Source: Perna viridis
Taxonomy: Eukaryota
Reading direction: 5' to 3'
DNA: 64,000 nt
Assembly: GCA_037379345.1 (NCBI GenBank)
Contig: CM074513.1
Coordinates: 37,196,885-37,260,884, forward strand
The number at the start of each line of letters is the position of its first letter. Positions within the stretch are counted from its first letter, which is position 1. A program made the position numbers and the translations under genes. Below are positions 13,043 through 27,100 of the stretch, one piece after another. Under the pieces are notes generated by a model that saw nothing but the letters and a program-made list of their open reading frames with translations, was not told the origin of the DNA and searched no databases.

Positions 13043-16000
13043 TTAAAAGGTTTATAAATTTGTTAAATGTGTATACATGTACATGTCTCTTTATTGAGAG
13101 TACCCAATGTTTATTTTATTTTTTTTATTTGCTTGAAAAAATGACATTGAATAGAAACGGTCTCTAAGGTATTTTTATTTGTTTAAATGATAATTCACAT
13201 GACACAGTCTGGATGTAATGATATATTAAATGTACCTATAGTTTGTCGATTGTAATGACCTAAGCAGGACTGGGTTGTCCAAAAAAGTTAATAATATATT
13301 AGATATTCAATTTTAAAATGATTGAAATCTACACGAGTTTATATACATGTACATGTACAGTTAAATATATGATAGTCTTCTGTAAAAATCTTAGTTAAGC
13401 TTTGTGCAACCTAGTCCAGCTTTTTTTTCCATGAACCACCAACCTTTTGCTGTATCAGGTGTGAAATTGTACTTTCTTTTGTGTCTTAGATGTGTTTAGG
13501 CATGCATAGATATTTTGCCAAGCTGTATTGAAGTATCATGTGTTTTGAAATGTGTACCCAGTATAAACTGTACCCAATCATATAGGACTGTTAAATATAG
13601 AATGTAGATTGGTTGGTAAGAAATATTTATAACACATGGTACATGTACAGGAGAACTGTTTCTAAGCACCTTTACATTAAATCTACTGCATTTGTAACAG
13701 GCCATACTGTTATTTATACATTCAATATGACCTGCTACAAATTATTTGAATATTATTTTCGAATGGCTAATTTTGTCTCCTATTATTTCTTATTTAAATC
13801 TGTTTTTAATTCTCTTTTTTTTTAGTTTATAATATCATTTTCATTTCTTTTCATTTAATTTGATATAATTTCTATTCAAAATAAGGCATCTCATCAGCTT
13901 CGTTGATTTTGACTGTTACTGGTTGCTACATAAAGCAAATGGGAATATATGGCTTACCTTTATAGTTTCCTTCAAAAAGTTTTCTACAAAATGGAATATC
14001 TCTGCAGTAAATTTTTATTCTTTCGGACTTTAAATAAGAAATGGTCATTTCGTGATTTGGATTAAAGATTTTAGAAAGCAGAGGCAAAGTGTCAAAATAT
14101 GTAATTATTCAAATTATTGCAGTAGATTTAATATAGCAGGCTACCTTAAATGTTTGGTAAGTTTTAGTCATTATGAAGAGAATGGATTTTATTTTGTAAA
14201 TACTGGAAAGATTCCAGCATGTTTTAAGGAAGTTATTTATGGACTAATGCCTAGCTATTCATTTCCACTCCTTATTCAATGCTTGACATTGATAAAATAG
14301 GGGGTTTGCACCTCGATTGTTGTTCAGTCTCTTAAAGGGACCATTGTGTGCAAGTAATATGGCATGAGATTTTACCCATGATGCTTTGCTGTGGAATGTT
14401 TTGTTGTTGGGGGTTGATACTGCTTTTGGGTGTTAAGACTCGTGGTGGCTTCTTATAATTTTCATTAAAGTTTATATTGACTTATAGTGCTAAATCTTGC
14501 TGTGTAGTTCTATAGGTTCTCTTTCTAAATCTTTGTGGTTTTGTTTTGGTCTTGTAATAGGTTAGTTAATTTCAGTATTTCACACTTTATACAGCACAAA
14601 TGAGTCTGATCTTCTCTTTCCTTATGTTTTTTTCTTTTTAAATTAAGTTGCATTCTACATGTTTTTTTTTGTTTTTTTTTTTATCAAAGATCAGTCTTAA
14701 ATTGTTATGTACCTGTCATGCAAATGAAATTTTGCAAGCATTAAATTCACTTAGTATTGATAAGGAAACACATTTTCCCCCTTTTTAGGGGATTTTCAAA
14801 AATCTGATACCATTTATATCTATAGACACATAACATTTTTTTAAACACCTTTCATTTTAAAGACTGCATTACCATACAATAATGTGGTTTATCAACCTAG
14901 CTTTCATTTTAGAAAACTGTTTTTGGTTGGTCTTGTATAAAATTTGATAATGCAATACCGCCATTGTTCATTGTTTATTATGTAACTTTATGGTTTTAAT
15001 TTTCACTTAGCTGATTAATCATCACATACATTTAGAATAATGCTTTTATATATTAATCATTTTGCTACTGTAAAATATAAAAATCATCTGCACTTATAAT
15101 TAAAAAAACTGTTTTGTATAGTTTGTACTGGGGCATTTAGGTTGAAAAAGAAAATGTTGTCTTTCTACATTGTATTTTTCTGTCTGCTTTTTATACAACA
15201 AAAAATATGGTAAAATGTTGCTTTATTTGTAATATGTTAAGGAGTTTTGTATCATAAAATTAATGGCTAACTATGGGCTTTTATACAATATTAAGAATAA
15301 AATATTGTGGATAATGGTAGCTAATTGCTACAAACCTCCTGTTTGATTGTTCTAGTAAAGTAGCCTATCATGATAAGTAAGTTAAGAACTATTTAAGTAA
15401 TACTTTTGGGTAAGATTTTTTTTATGATAAAGGATGGGGGTTAATTTTGACAGGATATGGATTTGATTTAAATTTTTTTCACCAAATGTTGATTTTTATC
15501 AGAAAGGTTGTATTAGTTTGATGTACTTATGAAACACCATGTATTTATTGCACAAGTTTTATAAAGGAGAATTTGTATTGAAGCTGTCATCTGTGATAAA
15601 TTGTTCTAAATGTCACTACCACAACTTGCCTGAAACATGAGTTACCTCCCATTGATTAAAATTTAAATATAACTGTAAGGGTGGTCTTAAATATCTTAAG
15701 ATTTCAATGGGTAGGTCAATAAATAAACTGCATTTAAGGAAAGAGATTAAAGTAGTGTGGGTGCATAAATTACTGTATGTATTGTTTCAGTGGAAAGAAA
15801 AATAACATGTTAAATCAGTAAGGCTATTTACAAAATGAATAAATTCTTAGAACTATTGTTATTTGTCATAAATTGACTGGAAACTTTTTTTCTATTCTGT
15901 AAACTGAAAAGAAAAAATTAAGAAAGTGCTTAACATTTAAATGGTTTTTCAGAGCTATAATGATATGACACTGATGATTGTGAAGGAAGCTTGTGTTAGT

Positions 16001-16450
16001 CTAGTCATGTAAATGTTGAGAAGACTCATGTGTTAGTCACCAGGTAATGAATGTAGTCAATTGTCAGGAGTTATTGACATTGTCCATCTAAAAATAGAAA
16101 GTGGAGGGTTGTCTGTGTGTATGTTGGTCAATGTAATGAATATTTATTGAAGAAAGCCTCCATTTAATGGATTACTGCACTATTTTTCACCTTTGACCTT
16201 AATGAAAATTGACAAATCAGAGAGAAAATAATCATTTTTACGAAACTCCCAAAATACTTTATTTTATTTTATTTTAATACACAAATATGATTTTCATTAG
16301 TAACTTTTTCTTCTTGTACTTCAAGTTTTAAAGATTATAAACCTTTGTAATATTCTATAGACAAGGGTATATATGTAAAACCATAGGTAGTTTACAAACA
16401 GGTTGTATGTTCTATTACTTGTATATGTATACATATTGGTCTGGTTTATA

Positions 16451-16456
16451 AATAAA
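16451..16456 (+). terminator. Candidate distal polyadenylation signal of the FERM gene
   Basis: AATAAA preceded by TGTA-rich sequence and followed by a GT/T-rich tract; several more proximal AATAAA also exist. Confidence 0.3.
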
Positions 16457-19400
16457 ATCAGAAGTCATATGTTACTATTGGTGTCTTTATGCATTTTTAA
16501 AATACTATTCTACTCCCAATCAACAAGTTAGTAGTATATTCTAATCTCTTTGTCCACCTGTCCGTTATTCTGCCAAAATTTCATTGCAATTATCTCAACT
16601 CCCAAATAAATGGATTGATTTTAAATTTGGTATATGGTTTATATGATATTTTTGATATAAATTACTTGTTTCATGAGATTGCCAAATGGGTGGGGGTATA
16701 CCTAGCACAACAACATACAACCAACTACTCTGTTGTTAGTAAAAGTAGTTTGTCCATAGGGCCTGCTCTCAATGGATATAGCAGTAGTTGTTGAAGATAA
16801 AACAGGACAAAATCAAAACAAAGTCAAAACAGACTTAAGTAAAACAAAAGTACCTAAAATAAACAAAAAGATAACAGAATGATGTTTGAAAAAAAAGGAA
16901 AAACCCCGGGAAACCCAGGCAATTAACGTTGAATCAAGAATCAATCAAAATCTTACAGAACACATAAGAAAGTACAATAATAATTTTATGTAATTTGTAA
17001 TCATGATGACCTTTGATGCAGGTGTCATGGGCTTGCTACCTGCTCAAGTCTGATCAGTTTTCATGTGTGTGTGTATTTATGTCTTTCATGTTTGCATAAT
17101 TGTTTAAAGTAGAGTAAATTATAAAATGAAAACAAAGAAAAGATGGTAATTAAAGAATTTGAGAAATAGTACAGTTGCTAATCAAATTTTTACACAATGG
17201 AAAAGTTGCAGCATACCTCAAAATTATAGGTTTTACTATATTGATAGTAAAAGTACGGTAATCAATGTCATAATTAAAAAGTGCATTATGCTAGCTATCT
17301 TGTTAAAATACAATACTGGCAAAAGATTCTACCCAAAAAGTCTCTGATAAAAAAAACATCTAGAAAAATCTACCAACCAATGTGTGAGGCTGACAGTCTG
17401 CAAAAAAGACAACACAGTTCAAGAAAATCTGGAATACCATCTGAAGTAGTATGACAAATACAAAGAAATCCTGTTTTAAATAAATTTGGAAAATGAGAGA
17501 CATGAAAAGGAATGCTATTTCCTGATTACTAATTGAAAATATAAACACATAGATGAGTTGTGGTGTTAAACTTCATGATCTTCCTTACTGTGTTTGTAAG
17601 TATTGAGCATGTTAGTCTTGATTGAAGTCAACAAAAGTTAAGTAATAAGTAAACTTTTGTTTCCTTCAGCTGAAGGATGATGGAAAATGACCATGACTAC
17701 TTGAAATATTGTGTACTCACAAAACTTCTGATTTTTTGAATAGTTATTATCTCCCTTTGGTCATTTGATAACAGTGTCAGGATACAAAGTTAAAGCCTTC
17801 TTACAGTTTTCATACTTCCATTCGTATGGAACAAGTAGTAAAAGTCTATTACTGCTTTTAACACTTAATTATGACTTATATTAGCCATCAGATTTCTAAA
17901 TTCAATATATCTATTCAATAGATATCATACCTTTTAATAGTGTTCTGTCCATTCTGATCCTTTTCAATTGACACATAAATTTTGACTGGTACACTTTACT
18001 ATGTGAAGTGATTGGTAGTAAAAGGGAACATATGTTTTCTTCAGTAAAATATTAACTGGATAAAAAATTGTAGGATGATAAAAAATAGAGCCCTATTTAA
18101 TTTTTTAAAATTACCAATTAATGACTTCTATAATGGACAGCCCTCATTATGACATATATAAATGTGAAACAATTAAAAAGTGAAACCTGTCCAAACCAGA
18201 CCCTTTTTAAAGCTCCTTTGTATCAATTAAGTATTAGTCTTTGTAAGAATCATGCAAAATCTGATAAATGTGATACACCCCCAAAAAGGCTACATATTTT
18301 TATTTTTTTTGTAATTAAGTTGTTTTATGGGTCTGTACTATGAAGTGTGTAATTATTCATTCAAATCTGCCTGCTGTTAGAAGATAATCAATGTTGAAAT
18401 TTCCATAGATTCTATTGTATTTGAGTGTCATTTACAGAGTTATCTCCCTTAATTTTGAAATCTACAGTGCATTCTATATAATTTGTATCTCCGAAGAACA
18501 TGCTTCTTAGCTAGAGTACTACTTAAATGTATTTTGAACCTGGGAAAACAAAGCACCTGTCAAAACCAAATTCTACAAAAGGGGTTCAATTTAGACCGTA
18601 TTCACTGAAGACTGTTATGTCGGTGTGACAGATAACAACACTTCATTAAGCAACCTTTTAATCCATAGTTTCCTCCATTACCCATCACATATCTTTGGAG
18701 ACATGTATCCTTCCAGCTGTTGCTTCTTTTCTCTTATTCAAACTAATTGTGAACAAAAAAGATGTTCTCTCCAATCAATATATATCAAGAATCAATTTAG
18801 GTGATGTCCTATGTATATTACACAACATATTTGTGAAATATAGATATTGAACTCAGAACAAATTGATTATAATAAGTTTAGATATTTTTACAACTGTTGA
18901 GAGTTTTCAAAAGTGGAAGTTTTGATTTGTGTGCTTTAGTAAAAAGTTTTATGTTAAGGAATTTTGTGACATCTTTTATTGATTTATGATTTTAGTTTGT
19001 TCATCTCTATTTTACTGTCTTTAGCTTTAGTGGATATAAAAAAAGTTTTGGAGAAGACCGACTAAAAGTACAAATATGTAGGTGTACTTCTGTACTTCTG
19101 GAATTTTCCTTTAAAGAAGGTAAGTTTTAATTTCAAAAACGTTAAAACATACCATGAAAACTTCCTAAAATTCATTCTCTATTTTAAAACTGATATATTA
19201 GATTGTATTATACCAACTGCTTGAAAATAACATGGGTGTTAACCCCAAAAAATTCTAAAGCTCTAGATCTCCCTCTCAAATATTTCTCAAAGGGGGAGAT
19301 GTGCCAGATTTTTGTTTTTGTGACATGTTTATTGTTAAACAACAGACCATATTGAACTTAAATCCAATTTCTCACGACATTCCCCCCCTTAAAATGACAA

Positions 19401-20966
19401 GCAGTTTGTCCATATATTATAATGATAATTACAATGTAATTAAAAAATTTTATCACAGGTTCCAGATCAATTTGTTTTGACAAGAATTATTTGTTGTTAT
19501 GATTTTTTCAGCCAAAACTTCAACTAAGACGGAAGACAAGATATCCTTGTATTTTTTTTATGAAATAATGGAGGCTCCTGCTACTATATACTTATGCAAT
19601 AGTTTTTATTTGTTGTGATATGAAACTTGGCTGACCTTTATTCTTGATAATTGAAGTAATCACAGTTTAATTCATTGTAGAGGTTAAATTAAGAATCAAA
19701 AATTAATTAAAAAATGTAGGCTCAGAAAGCAATGAATGAAAAGTTCAATACAAGTGATTTACATTTAACAGTACAGAAATAACCATGAAATTTTACTTGC
19801 TCTTCCAAATAAAAACCAATTGGTTGCTTACCAATGTTTTGGAGAGAAGTAGTACATTTGTGAAAGTAAAAATTGTCGGACACTTTCCCTTTCAACTTAG
19901 TCATGAACAGTGACCTTATATATGCCCAAAAAAAACAAATCCTGGAAGAACTTTACAGATGGTATACACATTCTTGCAGAAATACCCCCACAGATTGTAA
20001 ATGTAAATAATTAATTAGGTAAGATAATTAGTTTATTTGGACTGTTGTTTTAGTCAATAGTTAATCCACAGAAGACAAAAAATTGGCACTAATCAACTGA
20101 TTACCTTAGAAAGGTAAAAATTATAGGTGTTTTCCAGGTTCATTATTGGGTGTGGTGGATTTCTGGAAGAAAGTCTTTCACAATTTTATACCAATGGATA
20201 ACTAAAGGAACTTGTGGAATTTAATAAGTAAAAAATTAAAGGTTGGTAAGTTGCATTTTGTGTTCTATTATATTCTTTATTCATTTTTCTCCAAAGCTGT
20301 AACTTATGCATAAATGCATCTTTAAGCCATATTGATAAAATGCAAGTCAAAATTTAAAGGGGCAGATAGTGAAATAGAATATTTAATTTTAGATATCTTG
20401 GATGTCCTATATTTTCAAAGATCACCCACAATCATTTTACATAAGGCAGAAAAAGACAACCTAACCAAAGAAGGTTCCTATCCCAACAAGTACATGGTTT
20501 TCTATCCTATCCCAACAAGAACATGGTTTTCAGAGAATCAACTCTTTTTAAAAGAGTCATTCCATATAAAATATGCATTTTACAGTACACTTTGCTGGTC
20601 TCCTTAAAGGACATAAGATTTGTTGATTTTTGAGACCCAAAATTTCCAGCCCTTTTTTATGCCTACAGAGAATGATTCTTTAAATTTTGTTATTCAACCC
20701 AGTGGTCTTGACATGATTTATCCCCACAGTTAGTCAATGGACAATGGAGATGTGACTTGACAGATATTTTTTCTTGCAGGTATCTGTCGGAAAAAGTCTG
20801 TACCAATTGACTCCTAAAGTTTTTGGGTGTTTCATTATTGTGGATTAAGTTCCCAAGGGATAATAGTTGATCCACCCCAATAAAATATCACAAAACGTGG
20901 AGAACAGATTATTTGACTAATCATGTTAAATCATGGTACTTTTTTTCAGAATTTCACCTGAATACA

Positions 20967-21131
20967 ATGTTAGACAGAATAATTGTGTTCATACTTATGA
21001 CAGTCCATGTGTCAGGGCAGGTCAGTGTAAAGTTGTTAGACACAGCATTACTTGTAGATGAAGGACAGCAGTTCCAGCTTCGGGTTCAGAAAATAGGACT
21101 AGTCACCTCTGTTGTTAATGTCGTTGTTTCT
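20967..21131 (+). CDS. ADGRV1: ADGRV1 coding exon 1 (signal peptide)
   Basis: acceptor ending at 20949, ATG 20967, donor gtaagt 21132. Confidence 0.85.
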
Positions 21132-24100
21132 GTAAGTATATTTGGAAGATGATACATGGTGTAAATGTTAGTAACTCGCATCATCTCACCAGGCACTGTA
21201 TTAACATATCTAGGCTTAGGAAAGAGGACAATGGGATGTATAAATAAGTGAATTCAACATCTTTTTTATGTATGTGTAAGAATAACACATGTTATAGAAC
21301 CAAGGTAATGAAACAAGATATTTTTCTAATAGTCTTGCTATGACAATAAATGCAATAATGCTAATTACAACCAAATACTTTAAGATAAACGAATTGATCT
21401 ATATCTTATTAAGATAGTTAATAAGTAAGTTCTGATGCTGTTTGAGTAATGTACTTTTTAAGAGATTAAAGAGTAAAATCTAATACAATTATTTTTATAG
21501 GTCCTGTTCCACAAACTTCACATCAATTTAATATTCTTTTTACAATTTTTCTCTCAGGTAAAGCGTCCCTTGGATACTGGAGGTGACTTTGTAGGCAGTA
21601 GTCAAGTAGGATCTTTTTACCCAGGAGGTCCTGATGTAGTGGCTGTGACCTTTACAGTCAATGATGACTCTTTACCAGAGGTTGAGGAGACCTTCACCTT
21701 TGAACTTTCAGCCATTAGCAGTGGTGTTAATGTGGATACACCATTTATAGCTGCCATTACTATAGGAGCCAATGATGATGCCTATGGAGTGTTTGGATTT
21801 ATTGATGTTAGTAGTTAATAGATTACAAGATCTAAGAAATTTAATGGATGGTGTTTATGCTTGTCCTCCATATTAAATTAGTGCTTAAAAAAAAATTAAG
21901 TGTACTGGTTAGTCCCAATTTAAAATAGAAGAAAAGAGATAATTTGATTTTGTATGATGAGTTTTTTGTATAAAACCTTTAAACACTGATATTCTTGATC
22001 ACTTTAAACCATTTTGTTGACACTGCATGCTTTTTACCTTTAGACAACAGTTACCTTGGTAACAGAGACAGATATATCATTAGTAAATATCAGGGTAGGC
22101 AGAGACAGAGGTACTAATGGTCAGGTTACAGTAACTTACGTGGTAGGTATCTTGAACAATTTGTACATGTCTAATTATAATGACAAGCACCTGCTTTATG
22201 CATACTATCAACTAGTATCTAGTAACAATACTGGTTGTTAAGTACTGGTAAATCATGTGATTAAAAAACATGAAATAGTAATCTTCTTTCCTTATCATTC
22301 ATGAGCTAACACCATTTGCTTGAGGTTTTTGTGAAATTATAACTTTGATTGTGATTAAATTAGTAAATAGTATAATATTTGCTTTAGTTGAACAGTACTG
22401 AACCAGATGCCATCCCTGGTATAGGAGGGGACATAACTCCTAAATCAGGGGTACTGACTTTCCAACCTGAAGAAGCAGAGAATTCTCTACAGCTGAGGGT
22501 CATACAAGATAATGTAAGTATCCTGTTTATCAATGAATAAGAACACATTCATTAGCGAGAAAATACTCTATTACACTATCAATGAAACATTGATGATAGG
22601 AATGTAGGTAATTCAAACATTTCCAAATCTAAATGATTTTTATCCCTATTGGCCACTAAGATCTTGTCAGAGTGTATTGGTCCATCATTAAAGACTTAAT
22701 GGCACCCCATTCTTAGTATTTGGTCCACCACTTCTATGAGGTGTCACTGTTATATGGCATTTCTCTAATTTACCATTGGATTTCCTGAAGACCTCATAAA
22801 TAAATTGATTGAATTTTATTGAAATTGTATCTATAACTTTACTTGAAGCTGAAATGTACTTTACGATAATTTACTCATATTTATATATTGTATATGAGAC
22901 AGTAACAGCTTGTATGATGTATGATACATACTTGTAACACTTGTTTCTCCCATTTTAAATATGTCTTTTGTTATCGGGATTATTGAATTATTGGATTTAT
23001 ATTGTTAACTCATTAGTCATTATATATGTGTATAGTATGTTTGATTAAAAAGAAATGTAGTTATAAACATATCTTTTAACAGTCATGATGATACTTATTG
23101 TAAACAAGTTTATTTGTCTTTTATTTCTTCATTTATCATTGGTTAAACTTCAATGACTTTTTTTACAGTATTTTCAAAAGTAAACTGGGGATAACTTGAA
23201 ATAAAACAGTTAAATACAATTGTTGTGAAATACCAATTTATTATATAGATAGTAGTGTTTTATCGAATGTTCCCAGTTTAATAAATATTGATACTTCACA
23301 CTGAAATAAATTTGGTAATTGCACTCACAAACTTTCTCCCGCCAAAACATCACAATTTTATCAATCTGCCAATCACAGAATTTAAAACTCATCTTGAAAT
23401 ATCAATAAATTATGAGAACTATATGATAAATAGGATAATCAATTGGTTATCGTGAATAACCAAAATATGATAACTTGTGCCAAGAAGGCTTGAAGATTTA
23501 ACTCAGGAGTGGAACAAGTTCCGCACACTCATTTGTTCTAGCCGTTCTTCAGCACTCATGATAATATTTTGGTTATTCATTCTTCACAATTAATTATCCT
23601 ATTATTCTTCTTTATTGTATTAATATCATTTAATGTTTGAATTGACATAGGGTTTATTGCATATGCCATTGATTCTAAGACACCATATGCAATAAAATCT
23701 GTCCACTTGCTATCAGCATTAACCTGTCTTTAAAGTCTGTGACTAAATGACCCCTATGTTGTGCTTTATATGGAAAAAAATTAACCTGTCTATAAAGACC
23801 GTCTGTCTAATATGACCAGGATTATTTCTCCCTTTCTAGGCCACTTAAGCCAAGTTTCATTGTACTGTTAATAAGAACCATGAGGTCAGTCTTAAGGTTG
23901 TTAAGTCTGAGTGTATCGAAAACCTGAACCTTGTTTGTCTCTGCAAGGTTATTTGTGCAACTGATCCTCCTTCAATTGCAATGACATTTCAGGGTTTTTG
24001 TGTTCCAACTGAATTGTTTGTAAAGTTCCAATATATTACAGGGGAGATAACTCCCTATAAACAATGTTTGAGTAATGAGACTCCTTTTATGTAACTGTAG

Positions 24101-27100
24101 TTGACTCGTGCACCAGCTTTTTATTGACATCCTTATTAATTATCTTTCGATTTATGACTCTCTTTGTTTTGTCTTTTACCCTTGCCTTTTTGGTTATCAA
24201 TTAAACTGTTATACCCTTAATTTGAATGTCAGTCACATTTTTAGCATTCAGTTTCTGTTTATCTTCTATATTTGAAAGAAAATATGTTTTTTTTCATTCT
24301 ACCCAGATACCTGAGAATAATGAAGAATTCACTTTAAGACTGACAGGTGCTACAAAAGGAGCCAGAGTTCTGGATACAGTGATGACTATTATAATACAGG
24401 CTAATGATGCTCCAATTAGATTCCAACAGGTCGGTGGTTTGATATGTCAGTAATATAGTTTCCAACAATAGAGAAAGATAAAAATGTACCAAATTGAGAA
24501 ATAATAACATAAATCAATTACAGTTCTAAAAGTTGGTCCAATTCCAAATAACACTGTAACAGAACAAACAGAGAAAATCTTGAGACAAAAATTATCCTGA
24601 TAAAAGTGTGAGTTTGAAAAATGATTGAATTTTACCTTTGATTTCATCTTTCATTGCTTTTTTTGCCTTTTATGCTAATTATTGGCGTTCATTTTCTGCC
24701 ATTTTAGGCTGAGTACAGGTATGATGAAGGTCCAGGCATTAGGAAGATTTCAATACCAGTTCTCAGAGGTCTAGAGGCTGATGGACAAAGTCGTATAGGA
24801 TCAGTGAATGGTCTAGCATCAGTGGACTTCAGTATTTTGTCAGATACAGCCACTGATAGTTTAGACTTTAAAGGCCCAGTAAATCGACAGCTTGTGTTTA
24901 GCCCAGGGGACACCCAAGGATATATTGAGATAGATATACTTGATGATTCAGACCCTGAAGTAGAAGAAAGTTTCCAGTTGTTACTGTCTAACCCTGTTGG
25001 AGATGTTATCGCTGGAAGTCCTTTTAAAGCTACAATTTATATCAATGGTAATGACTATCCAAATGGTGTTATCAGTTTGAGACCAGGGAATGATGGGATA
25101 TCACTTCCTCTTGTCCAAGTCAATGAAGATACTACACCCTCCATTTCATTCACAGTATTGCGAAACAATGGAACATTTGGCACTGTTACAGTGCAGTGGG
25201 AGATATATAGGAATGACACTTTGGGTGGAGGAGTTACCACTGATATTATTTCTACTGTTGGAAGTATAACTTTCCAAGCAGGGCAGGGTCAGGGGAAAAT
25301 TAATGTGACATTGAGTCCTGACACTGTCCCTGAACCAACAGAGAGATTTGTTTTGAGGCTGTTACCAGGTAGTGTTAACAATGGAGCTAAAGTGGATGGT
25401 ATTATAGAAGGAATTATACTGATAGAAGATAGTGATAATTATTATGGGACTGTAGATTTTGGTGAAAATTCACAGCAACAGATCATAGTTGTAAGTTCTT
25501 TGATGAAGGCTAGATTTCCTTGGTTGAGTACAGACATTTTCCAATGTAGTTTGAAAAGTCTTTATGGTGATATAGTTTATGGTGTCTATTTAATATTTAA
25601 CTTATAATTGTTTCACTACTGAAGTAGTTATGAAACTATAAGGAGAAATAATTGATACTTTATTGAAGTAATTTTTTTCCTAGGAGACAGCACCACCACC
25701 GGTAAGTTTGTAGAAGTTGCTTACTAATTGTTGGTGGTTTACAGACTAACTTTTACTCTACATATCCATTAGATACCCTTTTTCTGTTAATGTGTTTTCT
25801 TCTTAAACCATAAATACATTATCATAAAATCTTTCTATTTTGTTTTAAGAGCATTAATTTTTTTTATTTTAGGAACGACTCTAATATTTTTTATCGAGTG
25901 TAAAGCAATTTTGCCAGTTGACACTGAAATGAATTATACCAGTTCGCTGGATGATAATCTGAAAAGTGCATGTTAGAGAAGAGTTAAACAGCCAAAATTC
26001 TTTTTTTTTTCATCTCAACGAAAATAAATTTAAATGAGCCATTCTTTTTTAAGAAAGCTTCTACAAAAAAAGTAACTGTGTGCATTAATGTGTTAGCTAA
26101 ACAGAAATAAGATGGAAGAAGTTCTGGCCTCCAAAAACTTTTGGGTCATAGATATAAAGGATTTGTCCTGTCAAGTAACAGGACTTTTTTTATAAATCCA
26201 TTGGTGCTGGATTGGGCTTACTATTTTGATATTTTTGTTTCTTGAGTACTTCTTATATACAACTGTATTTTGAACCTTGAACTTCCTAAGTATTTCTTTC
26301 TAATGCTGCTGATTAGAGGTTACACCTTGAAACAAGTGTACACATACTGAAATTTTCAATATTTATATGATAGGTATTTTTGTATTTATAAAATTTGGTT
26401 TGGAATTTTTTTATCAAAATAAAAAAAATATTAAAAAATAGATTTGTTATAAAAAAAAAACTAGCATGTATATGTTCAATTTAACATTTAATTAATATTA
26501 TTTCAATATTTGAGACACATACTATACATGTGAAGGTATCTTTGATATTTCTATTAAATTAGATTTGGTAAATGGTCTGATAGTTTCACATACCAGGTAT
26601 TTGTCATTTTGTTCTTACCTATTTCTGTTTTATCTCTTTCAGGCTTTTTATATAAACAGTTTAATATGTCTTGTTTATATATTCAAGTTTTCTGATTCTG
26701 AAATCAATTACAAATGTAGTACACAAAATTTATTTTTTGAATATATTTAATGCTCTTTGACAGTTATATAAACATGTAATACAAAATTAATTCTATATAA
26801 ATATTATACATCTCCTTTAGATAACAAATCCAAGACACTTGCAGTTGACTATGAGGAGAGCTGGACATAATCAAGGATCAGTGAGAATAAATATGACAGT
26901 TGTATACTCAGGTTCTGGAGATACTCAAGGTGAGCAATTATCTCCCTTAGATGTCTAGTGTCCATTGAAATGGTTGGTCGGTAATTTCCTCTGCTATTTT
27001 CTGGGTGTCAAAATATTATTGTATCATGCATTTTCAGATAGTTAAATACAAATGTATCTCTTTTCCCTTCACAATGTATCTAAAAGTGTCTAGGCTAGTC

